In this document: positions 30,531 to 38,860 of the stretch, one piece after another
How the letters are laid out: every line of letters starts with the position of its first letter
How positions within the stretch are numbered: position 1 is the stretch's first letter
Assembly: GCA_031361905.1 (NCBI GenBank)
Contig: JANLRV010000030.1
Location: 1 to 46,975, forward strand
Length of the DNA stretch: 46,975 bases
Source: Actinomycetes bacterium
Lineage (GTDB): Bacteria; Actinomycetota; Thermoleophilia; Gaiellales; JALYLC01
Direction: 5' to 3'
Position numbers and translations under genes: made by a program
The notes under the pieces: generated by a model
Seen by the model: only the letters and a program-made list of their open reading frames with translations
What the model was told of the DNA's origin: nothing
Databases searched by the model: none

Positions 30531-31433
30531 TCAACTTGAGGTTGATGGTAGCGCTTCGATCGGATACCAGCACGCGGCCAGCTGAAGAGCGCTGCCGGCC
30601 GGTCCGAGCGACGGGCTCTCGGCCTGGCAGCGCTCGCGCGCCCGGTCGCAGCCGCCGGCGTAGATGCAGCCGGGGCCCGGCCGTGTGAGCGGTGGCGGCC
30701 AGCTTGCGGGCGGCTCCGGCGCACGCTCGGCCGCGCCGGCCGTGCGCACGAGATCGCGCGTGGCCGGGTGCGCGGGCGCGAGCAGCACGTTCGCGGTGGG
30801 ACCGAGCTCGACGAGGCGCCCCTTGACGAGCACGGCGACGCGGTCGGCGAGTGCCCACGCGAGGGCCGGCGAGCGCGTCAGCAGAAGCAGGCCGCGGCCG
30901 TGCTGGCGGTGCTCGCGCGCGACCGCCCCGAGCAGGCTCCAGCGATCGGCCGCCGCGAGCCGTGCGAACGGCTCGGCCAGCACGATGCCCTCCGGCTCGC
31001 CGACGAGCACGCACGCGAGCGCCGCGCGGGTGCGCTCCGGCAGCGTCAGCGTCGAGGCGCGGCGTGCGCGATGCGCGTGCGCGAGGCCGACGCGGTCGAG
31101 CGCCCGGTCGACCGCCGACTCGTCGGGGGCGCGCAGCGACTGCTCGACGAGGTCGGAGACGAGGCTGCGGTCGTCGAGCATCGCCGACGCGTCCTCGGGA
31201 AGCACGCGCAGGCGCCCGCGTCGCTCACGCCCCGCGCAGACCGCCCCGGCGATCGCGATCGAGCCGGCGACGGGCTCGCGCAGGCCGATCAGCAGGTCGA
31301 GGATCGGTGCCGGGTCGGCGTCGACCACGAGCGCGAGCGACTCGCCGGCGTGCCAGGCGAGGTCGACGTCGGCGAGGCCCTCCGCCGTCACGCGCCGGAG
31401 CTCGAGCGAGGGACGGTCGGCGCGGACCGTCAT
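30531..31433 (-). CDS. Degenerate OppF/DppF-like ABC protein (pseudo-ATPase) with oligo-HPY Cys4 tail
   Basis: ADRVAVLVKGRLVELG, PAHPATRDL, GCIYAGGC..A.ERC...AAC; no Walker A, signature reads LTLPE, Walker B reads LAEP. Confidence 0.75.
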   Translation of the reverse strand: MTVRADRPSLELRRVTAEGLADVDLAWHAGESLALVVDADPAPILDLLIGLREPVAGSIAIAGAVCAGRERRGRLRVLPEDASAMLDDRSLVSDLVEQSLRAPDESAVDRALDRVGLAHAHRARRASTLTLPERTRAALACVLVGEPEGIVLAEPFARLAAADRWSLLGAVAREHRQHGRGLLLLTRSPALAWALADRVAVLVKGRLVELGPTANVLLAPAHPATRDLVRTAGAAERAPEPPASWPPPLTRPGPGCIYAGGCDRARERCQAESPSLGPAGSALQLAACWYPIEALPSTSS

Positions 31434-32212
31434 GCGCCCCTGCGCCCGCGTGGAGGCGCGGTCAGGCGACCCGGCTGCCACGGCGCGAGCACGCACGCGC
31501 TGAGGTGATCGCCCGAGACATCGACGAGCGCCGGGGTGCCGCCCCGGCAGAGCTCGCGCGCGTAGGCGCAGCGCCGGTGATAGGCGCACCCGCGGGCGGC
31601 GCGCTCGGGGAGCGGGCGGGGCGAGGCCGCGATCCCCGCGTCTCGCGGGCCGCCGATCGTGATCGCGGTCGTCAGCAGCTCGGCCGTCGCCGGGTGCTCG
31701 GGCGCCTCTGCGATCGCGGCCGCCTCCGCGAGCTCGACGATGCGCCCGGCATAGAGCACGGCGATCCGCGTGCACCCCTGGATCGCCGCGTGCAGATCCG
31801 GAGTCGCGATCAGCACGCCGCAGCCGCTCTCGGCTGTGCGGCGCGCGAGCCCGAAGACCCACGCCCGCTCGCCGGGCAGCGCCGCGTGGCCCGGATCGCG
31901 GCCGACGGCGACGGTCGTCGGCTGCCGGGCCGGGTCGAGGGCGCCGATCTCGTCGCGCAGCGCGCGCATCCCGCGCGCAGTCCGCCGCTGCAGCGAGAAC
32001 GGGGCCGTCTCGGTGACGAGCTCGAGCTCGCCCGCGCCGATCACCTCGTCGGGCCCGAGCTCGCCGAGCAGGGCGGCGACGAGCGTGTCGGCGCCCGATC
32101 GCGGATCGCCGACGAGGCCGATGATCTCGCCCGGCTCGACCGTCAGCGAGATCCCGTGCAGCGCGCCCCGCGCGCTCGAGATCTCGAGGTCGGCGATGCG
32201 GAGGACGCTCAC
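31430..32212 (-). CDS. Degenerate OppD/DppD-like ABC protein (pseudo-ATPase) with oligo-HPY Cys4 tail
   Basis: GISL.VEPGEIIGLVG, Walker A reads GDPRSGADT, no signature or Walker B, ATPDL for THDL, RIAVLYAGRIVE, PEHPAT, GCAYHRRC..A.ELC...SAC. Confidence 0.75.
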   Translation of the reverse strand: MSVLRIADLEISSARGALHGISLTVEPGEIIGLVGDPRSGADTLVAALLGELGPDEVIGAGELELVTETAPFSLQRRTARGMRALRDEIGALDPARQPTTVAVGRDPGHAALPGERAWVFGLARRTAESGCGVLIATPDLHAAIQGCTRIAVLYAGRIVELAEAAAIAEAPEHPATAELLTTAITIGGPRDAGIAASPRPLPERAARGCAYHRRCAYARELCRGGTPALVDVSGDHLSACVLAPWQPGRLTAPPRGRRGA

Positions 32213-33525
32213 GCGAGCCGCTCCGCCCGTGCGAGCACGAGCACGCTCGTCGCGAGCGCCGCGGCCCACGCGCCGGCGACGCCGCCGTACCACCAGTTGC
32301 CGGCCGGCAGCGCACCCGCGCCGACCGCATCGGCCAGGACTCCGCCGAGCGTCGACCGGTCTCCGGTCACGAGCGCGACGCTCGATTCCGCGATCAGCGC
32401 GGCGCCGAGCGCAGCGAATCCGCCCGCGATCGCAGGCGGCACGACCGCCGGCAGCACGTGCCGGCGTGCGATCTCGAGGGCCGAGCCCCCGAGCGAGCGC
32501 GTGCGCCACACGGTCGCGGCCGCCAGCGTCCGCTCGGCGCAGGGCCGGATCCGGCCGGCGGCGATCGCCCATGCGAGCACCGCCAGGAGCATCGCCGTGC
32601 CGAGCGACGGGCTGCCGTTGGCGACCGAGACCGAGCCGGTCACGAGCGGAATCAGCGGAAGCAGCAGGACGGCCCGTTCGAGACGCCCGTGCACGCGTAG
32701 CCCCGCAGATCCGAGTGCCGACGCGGCGAGCGTCGAGGCGGTCGCCACGAGCGAGCCAAGCACGGCCGCGGCGCCTCCCAGAAGCAGCGAGGAGCGGGTC
32801 GCGTCGCAGAGGCGGGCGAGCAGATCGCGGCCGAGCTGATCGGTGCCGAGCCAGTGCAGCGAGGACGGCGGCTGCATGCGCTCGAACGGGATCGGGCTCT
32901 CGAGCACGAGCGACGCCGACCCGGCCAGCGTGGGACCGAGCGAGGCGACGAGCAGGCCCGTCGCCGCGACGCCCACGGCGATCCGAAGCGGCAGCGCGTG
33001 TGGCGCCAGCGTCGCCGCACCGCCCGCTCGCCCGAGCCGTGACGCTGCGAGGTCGGCGAGCCAGGCGAGGGCCAAGAGCAGGCAGAACGCGCCGAGCAGC
33101 GTCGCGTGGTCGCCGCTGCGCGCGGCTCGTCCGGCGACCTGGCCGAGTCCCTCGCGCCCGAGCGCGAGCTCGATCGCGGGCAGCGCGGCGACCGCGAGGC
33201 CGAGCTGTCCGCGTGCGATCAGAGGGGCCACGGCGATCGCGAGCGCTGCGATCGCGAGCGGGGTCGAGTCGCTCACCCGCGCGGGCGGCCACAGGAGCAG
33301 CGCGAGCAGCGCTAGCGAGGAGAGCGCGGGGATCGCGAGCGAGAGACGGGCGAGGCGCGAGCGCGCGAGCGCGAAGCCGATCGCACCCGCCGGCAGCGCG
33401 AGGGCGAGGCTGTCAGGAAGCGCGTCCAGCGCGGCCGTGAACGAGGGGCGCGCGCGCAGCGCTGCGCCGCCGATCGCGAGCGCGATGCCGAGGCTCGCGA
33501 GCGAGCCGAGCGCACGTCGGATCAC
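32209..33525 (-). CDS. Divergent fused OppB/OppC-like permease
   Basis: N-half with GLGQ.......D (OppB-like C-terminus); C-half PPS..HWLGTDQLGRDLLARL, RSLGGS..EIARRHVLP, ESS. Confidence 0.72.
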   Translation of the reverse strand: MIRRALGSLASLGIALAIGGAALRARPSFTAALDALPDSLALALPAGAIGFALARSRLARLSLAIPALSSLALLALLLWPPARVSDSTPLAIAALAIAVAPLIARGQLGLAVAALPAIELALGREGLGQVAGRAARSGDHATLLGAFCLLLALAWLADLAASRLGRAGGAATLAPHALPLRIAVGVAATGLLVASLGPTLAGSASLVLESPIPFERMQPPSSLHWLGTDQLGRDLLARLCDATRSSLLLGGAAAVLGSLVATASTLAASALGSAGLRVHGRLERAVLLLPLIPLVTGSVSVANGSPSLGTAMLLAVLAWAIAAGRIRPCAERTLAAATVWRTRSLGGSALEIARRHVLPAVVPPAIAGGFAALGAALIAESSVALVTGDRSTLGGVLADAVGAGALPAGNWWYGGVAGAWAAALATSVLVLARAERLA

Positions 33526-35036
33526 GCCGGTGCCCGCTCGATCGGCTCGCTCCGTGCACGCAGCCACGGTCCCAGCGCGACTGCGACCGCGACGAGCGCG
33601 ATCACGCTCGCGAGGATCCAGCCCGACCACGAGACCGGCTGGCCGCGCACGGCCTCGAGCTCGGAGATGCCGCGTGAGGAGCCCACGCTGAGAATGCCGG
33701 CGCCGCTCGCGGGGATCGCCCAGCGCGCGCGTGAGACGGCGGTGATCGTGGTGGGCTCGGCGAGCGGGATCGCGCGGGACTCGCTGGCGGCGCGCTCCTG
33801 CAGTCGCGCGTACACGCGCGCGAGGGCGGCGGTCGACTCCTCACCACGGGCCTTCGAGAGCAGCGCGGCGATCGCCCGGCTCCCGGTCGCGAGCGGCGCG
33901 AGCAGCGAGTCGGGGGAGGGACCGCCCGAGAGCAGCGAGAGCCGCGCGGTCGCGTTCTCGTCGAAGATCACATCGATGCCGATCGCGCGGGCATCTCGCC
34001 GGACCAGGGCGGCCGCGAGGCGCGCCTCGGTCGAGTGGTCGACCGCGATCCGCATCTCCGCGCGCAGCTTCCCGCGCGAGCGAATCCCGCTCGCCCCGAC
34101 CTGCCAGCCCTCGTGCTCGAGCAGCGCGCGCGCCTCGTTCGCGTCGAAAGCGGGCTGCAGTCGCGGGGCTCGATGCCAGGCGAGATAGCCGACGGGGATC
34201 ACCGAGCTCGCGACGAGACCGTGGCCGTCGAAGACGTGCGCGACGATCCCCTCTCGATCGATGCCGGTAGTGAGGGCCGCGCGCAGCGCGAAGGGAATCG
34301 CGGCGCCCTCGAGGTCGAGGCGCAGGGAGGCGAGCGATGGGCGCTCGACGAGCGTGATCGCAGGCGAGGGGGCGAGGCGCGCAGACTCGCCCGGTGCGAT
34401 CTCGAGCGCGTCGAGCTTGCGGGAGAGCAGCGATTCGAGCTGTCCTGCCCGATCGGGCCGATAGCTGAAGATGATGCCGTCGGGCCCCGAGGCGGGGCGT
34501 CCAGAGAGCGGGTTGCGCGCGAGGATCACCGTGCTCCGCGAGGTTCCGGCGATCCGGTAGGGTCCCGAGCCGAGCGTGCGAGCGCTCGAGACCCCGACGG
34601 CGAGCAGCGCGAACTCCTGGCTCGCGTGGGGCAGGCGCACGACGACGGTGGCGGTGTCGAGCGCCGTGATCGAGGTCGGTGCGACAGGCAGCAGCGAGCG
34701 GCGCAGCGAGCGAACGACGTCGGCGGCGTGCAGCGGGCTGCCGTCGCTGAAGCGCACGAGCGGCCGCAGGCGGTAGGTCCAGGTCCGCCCTCGCTCGCTC
34801 GAGCGCACGGAGATCGCAAGCGATCGGGCGAGGTCCGGCCCGAGCGTGGCGGGGTCGATCGAGACGAGCGGCTCGAACACGAGCGAGGTGATCTCGCGCT
34901 CCTGCTCGGTCTGCGCGGCGTCCGGTTCGAGCTGGACGATCGGGGAGGATAGCCCGATCCGGAACTCGCGCCGGGGTGCCGCCTCGACACCGCTTGCGAT
35001 CAGCGAAATCGCGCTGAGCAGGGCTGGAAGAACCAA
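33522..35036 (-). CDS. Divergent family-5 (OppA/DppA-like) solute-binding protein with C-terminal TM anchor
   Basis: VFEPLV, TWTYRLR..VRFSDG.PL.AADV, GSGPY, IDREGIV, A.ALL..EGW; signal ending VEA-A; C-terminal WILASVIALVAVAVALG; start uncertain (TTG 35036, ORF open to 35153). Confidence 0.78.
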   Translation of the reverse strand: MVLPALLSAISLIASGVEAAPRREFRIGLSSPIVQLEPDAAQTEQEREITSLVFEPLVSIDPATLGPDLARSLAISVRSSERGRTWTYRLRPLVRFSDGSPLHAADVVRSLRRSLLPVAPTSITALDTATVVVRLPHASQEFALLAVGVSSARTLGSGPYRIAGTSRSTVILARNPLSGRPASGPDGIIFSYRPDRAGQLESLLSRKLDALEIAPGESARLAPSPAITLVERPSLASLRLDLEGAAIPFALRAALTTGIDREGIVAHVFDGHGLVASSVIPVGYLAWHRAPRLQPAFDANEARALLEHEGWQVGASGIRSRGKLRAEMRIAVDHSTEARLAAALVRRDARAIGIDVIFDENATARLSLLSGGPSPDSLLAPLATGSRAIAALLSKARGEESTAALARVYARLQERAASESRAIPLAEPTTITAVSRARWAIPASGAGILSVGSSRGISELEAVRGQPVSWSGWILASVIALVAVAVALGPWLRARSEPIERAPA

Positions 35037-35089
35037 CCACGAACCGATCCGTATGGGTGGGAAACGCGTATCGGTTGTGTTTTTAGGGG

Positions 35090-35117
35090 TTGTCACGTCA
35101 AGGGGAAGGGGTATGCT
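35090..35117 (+). promoter_or_regulatory. Putative sigma70-type promoter for the sugar transferase operon
   Basis: TTGTCA-N16-TATGCT in the AT-richer divergent intergenic region. Confidence 0.5.
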
Positions 35118-35251
35118 AGATCCGAGGTTTCGGTAGGAACCAGAGGAGTTCACAGGGCTTCTACCGCTTTATGCAGGTTAGGGTGGGAATTGCAACCCGT
35201 ACGAACCTCACATTCACCCATCACACCGCGAGACGGAATCACCCACACCAG

Positions 35252-36640
35252 ATGAGCATCACAGAACAGCAGACGAGCACCCTGGCACCCGTGACCTCCG
35301 GTCTCGCGATGCCGCTGAGGCCGCGCCGCGCCGCGCGCAAGCGCATGGTCTCCGGGAGCTGGCTGCTGCTGGGCCTCGTCGCGACGGGTCTCTGGGCCGT
35401 CGCCGGCGGAACGTCGCCCCGCGCGTTCGGCTTCGGGGTCGCGTTCGCCGCGCTGACGCTCTCGATCAACGCCGCGCTGATGCGGGACCGCGGCGACTAC
35501 CACGCGGCCCTGAGCGTGCGGATGGTGCGCCACGCGCAGTCCACCGCGTTCGCCACGATGGTCGTGCTCGCCGCCTCCGCCGTTCTCGATCTCGGCATGT
35601 CGCCGGCTCGCGTCGCGGTCGCCGGCCTCGCGCTCTGGCTCTTCAGCGTCGCCGTCGACTTCCACTGGCATCGCCTCCGCTCCACCTCGCGCCCGCTTCG
35701 CGTGCTCGGGCTCGGCAGCGGTGAGGCTGCGCTTCGCCTCAAGACGGTCGCGGCCGTGGACAAGCCGAAGGGCATGGAGCTGATCGGCTTCGTCGACGAT
35801 GGCGCCGGCGCGGTCTCGACGGTCGGCGGTCTCGCCGACCTCGACGTGATCGTCGCCGAGCACGAGGTCGACGCCGTCGTCTTGACCTCGCAGGACCGCC
35901 GTCTGGAGCTGCTCGAGCACGTGCTCGCGCTGCCGGGCCGCACGCCGTCCGTGCTCGAGCTCAGCGACTTCTACGAGCGCGCCTACGGCCGCGTCCCGAT
36001 CGCCGACATCAACGCGGCCTGGTTCCTCGAGGCGCTCGCGCTGCAGCGACGCTCGGTCGCCAGCATCCCGCGGCGCGCCGTCGAGCTGATGGTGACGCTC
36101 GTGCTCGCAGTCGTCGCGCTCCCCGTGATGGCGCTCGTTGCGATCGCGATCAAGCTCGACTCGCCGGGCACCGTCTTCTACCGCCAGCGCCGCGTCGGCG
36201 AGGGCGGCAGGACGTTCACGATCGTCAAGTTCCGCTCGATGCGGAGCGACGCCGAGAGCAACGGCGTGCAGTGGGCCAGCGAGCGCGACCCGCGCGTCAC
36301 GCGCGTCGGCGCCTTCCTGCGCCGCTGCCGGCTCGACGAGCTTCCGCAAGTGTGGAACGTGCTCAAGGGCGAGATGGCGCTGGTCGGCCCGCGTCCCGAG
36401 CGCCCCGAGCTCGTCGCCGAGCTCGTCCGCCACGTCCCCTTCTACGAGCCGCGGCATCTGGTCCGCCCGGGCGTGACCGGCTGGGCACAGGTCTACGCCC
36501 CCTACGCGTCCTCCGTGCAGGAGAGCGTCGACAAGCTTTCTTACGATCTCTACTACGTCAAGCATCAATCATTCGCCACCGACGTCGGCATCATGCTCAG
36601 CACGCTCGGCGTGATGGCTGGCGGAAAGGGCGCTCGGTAA
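35252..36640 (+). CDS. Priming phosphoglycosyl transferase (WcaJ/WbaP-like sugar transferase)
   Basis: N-terminal TMs, [57 protein letters not shown]. Confidence 0.95.
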   Translation: MSITEQQTSTLAPVTSGLAMPLRPRRAARKRMVSGSWLLLGLVATGLWAVAGGTSPRAFGFGVAFAALTLSINAALMRDRGDYHAALSVRMVRHAQSTAFATMVVLAASAVLDLGMSPARVAVAGLALWLFSVAVDFHWHRLRSTSRPLRVLGLGSGEAALRLKTVAAVDKPKGMELIGFVDDGAGAVSTVGGLADLDVIVAEHEVDAVVLTSQDRRLELLEHVLALPGRTPSVLELSDFYERAYGRVPIADINAAWFLEALALQRRSVASIPRRAVELMVTLVLAVVALPVMALVAIAIKLDSPGTVFYRQRRVGEGGRTFTIVKFRSMRSDAESNGVQWASERDPRVTRVGAFLRRCRLDELPQVWNVLKGEMALVGPRPERPELVAELVRHVPFYEPRHLVRPGVTGWAQVYAPYASSVQESVDKLSYDLYYVKHQSFATDVGIMLSTLGVMAGGKGAR

Positions 36641-36654
36641 CAAGGATGGACTCC

Positions 36655-37062
36655 ATGCGAAAACGACTCACCATGCTGGTCGCCGTGATGGCGATCGCCA
36701 TCACGGTACCCGTCTCGGCGTTCGCCGCCGATGCAACCCCCGTGATCAAGGACGTCGCCAAGGACGGGCGCGTCGACGGCACCTACACGAAGGCACAGCT
36801 CGACGCCGCTCTCAAGAGCCCGTTGCTCAAGCAGTACGCGGGGACCGGTGCCGTCGAGGCCGTCACGTCCAAGAAGGCCGCTCCGGCCAAGAGCACGTCC
36901 GGCCAGAAGCAGGTCAGCTCGGTGGCGCCGCCGGCAACCGGCACGACGAGCAAGCTTCCGTTCACGGGCCTCGAGGCGCTGCTCTTCGGCGGCATCGGTC
37001 TCGGTCTCGCGGGCGCCGGTGGAATCCTCCGCCGCCTCGGCCGGGACTCCGACGCCTCGTAG
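36655..37062 (+). CDS. Small secreted LPXTG (LPFTG) cell-wall-anchored protein
   Basis: MRKR signal peptide ending AFA-A, small domain, S/T/K/A/P-rich linker, LPFTG + hydrophobic helix + RRLGR; alternative ATG 36646. Confidence 0.85.
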   Translation: MRKRLTMLVAVMAIAITVPVSAFAADATPVIKDVAKDGRVDGTYTKAQLDAALKSPLLKQYAGTGAVEAVTSKKAAPAKSTSGQKQVSSVAPPATGTTSKLPFTGLEALLFGGIGLGLAGAGGILRRLGRDSDAS

Positions 37063-37089
37063 CACCTGCACAGCTGAACATGGGGGAAC

Positions 37090-37123
37090 CACGGGGCCCG
37101 TTCGCGGGCCTCGTGCCATTTTT
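37090..37123 (+). terminator. Intrinsic terminator
   Basis: CACGGGGCCCG-TTCG-CGGGCCTCGTG hairpin followed by CCATTTTT, between convergent genes. Confidence 0.7.
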
Positions 37124-37174
37124 CCTGCGATCCCGCGGGGCGGATCCCGGCTGGTAGCTGGGTCGCGCCGGGCG

Positions 37175-37789
37175 CTAGAGCTTCGCGCGGTAGCGCGCCA
37201 TCTCGGCGTGGTTGAAGTCGGCGTGCGTCTGCGAGCGCAGGCGCGCGACGAGCTCGTGGTGATACGGGCTCGAGAGGCTCTCGGCGTGGCCGATCACGTT
37301 GCGGCGCGCGATCGAGAAGCGCTGCTGCAGCCAGCGCGTGAGGCGCAGCGAGGCCGCCAGCTGGCGCGGGTTGCCGAGCACCTGCTCGGCCGATGAGCCG
37401 ACGTGCTCGATGCCGATCGCGGTCCAGTTGAGACCGACGGTGTGCCGGCAGCGGGTCGTCAGCGAGACGAGCTGGTAGATCGTCCCGTCGCGATCGACCA
37501 CGAAGTGCGCGCAGACACCGGGCAGCTCGTGCAGCTCGGGGTCGGCCCGGTCGGGCGCGAAGGTCGCGAACGTCGCCGCGAACGTCGTCGTGACGGTGTA
37601 GTGCTCGACGATCACGTGCGGCGTCGTCAGGCGCCACTCCGCCTGCCCGTAGTGCCGCTTCGAGTAGGCGGCCATCTCGGCTCGCCGCTTCGGGCCGAAC
37701 GGGATCGGACGCAAGACGATCGCCGGCCTCGCGATGGCTCCCTGGCTCGGAGCGAGCAGCGCGAAGCTGGCGAGCGTGGCGGCGAGCAT
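37175..37789 (-). CDS. Secreted N-acetylmuramoyl-L-alanine amidase (Amidase_2/PGRP-like)
   Basis: IVEHYT, AHFVVDRDG.IYQLV, HT.G.N..AIGIE, VIGHAE, H.D; TACGCT 6 nt before ATG. Confidence 0.85.
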   Translation of the reverse strand: MLAATLASFALLAPSQGAIARPAIVLRPIPFGPKRRAEMAAYSKRHYGQAEWRLTTPHVIVEHYTVTTTFAATFATFAPDRADPELHELPGVCAHFVVDRDGTIYQLVSLTTRCRHTVGLNWTAIGIEHVGSSAEQVLGNPRQLAASLRLTRWLQQRFSIARRNVIGHAESLSSPYHHELVARLRSQTHADFNHAEMARYRAKL

Positions 37790-37802
37790 GCCGTCAGCGT
37801 AG

Positions 37803-38822
37803 TCAGGCCCCGCCGAACCCGCTCCGCGCGGTGGGCGGCGCGAGCGGGCTGCGCGGCAGGCCGGCGACGGGCTCGGGGGCGTTGTACGCGATCGGCGCGA
37901 CGTCGTTCGCCGTTGCGGGATAGAACAGCGAGGCGAGCTCCTGGATCTGGCTGCGGCCGACGCCGAGCTCGAACTGGCCGCCGCCGTACATCGAGATGCC
38001 TCGCTCGTGGCACGCGTCGATGCACTCGAAGAGGCGCGCGAGCGTGCCGAAACGCGACGGCTTGATGTTGAGGTGCATGACCCGGAGCGGCAGCGCATCG
38101 ACGTCGGCGAGCGCGTGGATCGGAGCGTCGAAGCTGATCCGATCCCAGCAGTCGGCGAGCGCCGCGAGCGCGTCGTCGGCGATCGAGGGATCCTCCAGCA
38201 CCGCGTCCGGGAAGGTCTCGGCGATCAGCCGGTAGAAGCCGTGGTCGAACGGGTTGTCGACCGCCGTGCCGACGTAGAACGCCTTGAAGTCGAGCACGCG
38301 CACGCGTCCGGTGGCTGCGAGCGCCTCGACGTACGAGCGATCCCAGTCGCCGACTGGATCGACCTTGAACTCGAGCGACGGATCGATCGCGAGCCAGTCG
38401 CGGGCGTCGAGGCGCGTCGAGACGCAGAAGCGCACGGGAGCGGCCTCGAGCGCGAGGACTCCGCCGAGGTCGGTGCCCGCCTGCCGCAAGGCCAGGTCGA
38501 GCGCCGAGCTCTCGATCGCCCAGCGCCGATAGTCGTGCGACGCGGGCATGGCGGGCTCAGCGGTGAAGAGCTCGGTCTCATCGAGCAGCCGCGAGAGCGA
38601 GTCGATCGTGTGAGAGCCGGCGAGGGCGTCGAGCGCGGGGTAGAGGTCGTGGTCGGTGGCGGTGTAGCAGACGTCCTCGCCCCGACCGGTCTCGCCGCGT
38701 CCCCGCAGCACGATCTCGGTGCTGACGCGCGTGAAGCCGCTCGAGACGGACTGCTCCTGGCGCGGCAGCTCGACCGACTCGATCTCGAGAGGCAGGTCGG
38801 CGATCTGCGCGTAGGTGCTCAT
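37803..38822 (-). CDS. Enolase-superfamily-like protein of unknown function
   Basis: G.GED, A.ESSALDL, FKVD, LEDP, SFDAP, NIKPSRFG, YGGG.FE. Confidence 0.7.
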   Translation of the reverse strand: MSTYAQIADLPLEIESVELPRQEQSVSSGFTRVSTEIVLRGRGETGRGEDVCYTATDHDLYPALDALAGSHTIDSLSRLLDETELFTAEPAMPASHDYRRWAIESSALDLALRQAGTDLGGVLALEAAPVRFCVSTRLDARDWLAIDPSLEFKVDPVGDWDRSYVEALAATGRVRVLDFKAFYVGTAVDNPFDHGFYRLIAETFPDAVLEDPSIADDALAALADCWDRISFDAPIHALADVDALPLRVMHLNIKPSRFGTLARLFECIDACHERGISMYGGGQFELGVGRSQIQELASLFYPATANDVAPIAYNAPEPVAGLPRSPLAPPTARSGFGGA

Positions 38823-38860
38823 GCGCTGGAACCTAGTGCACCAGAGCTTCAGAAGGGGCG

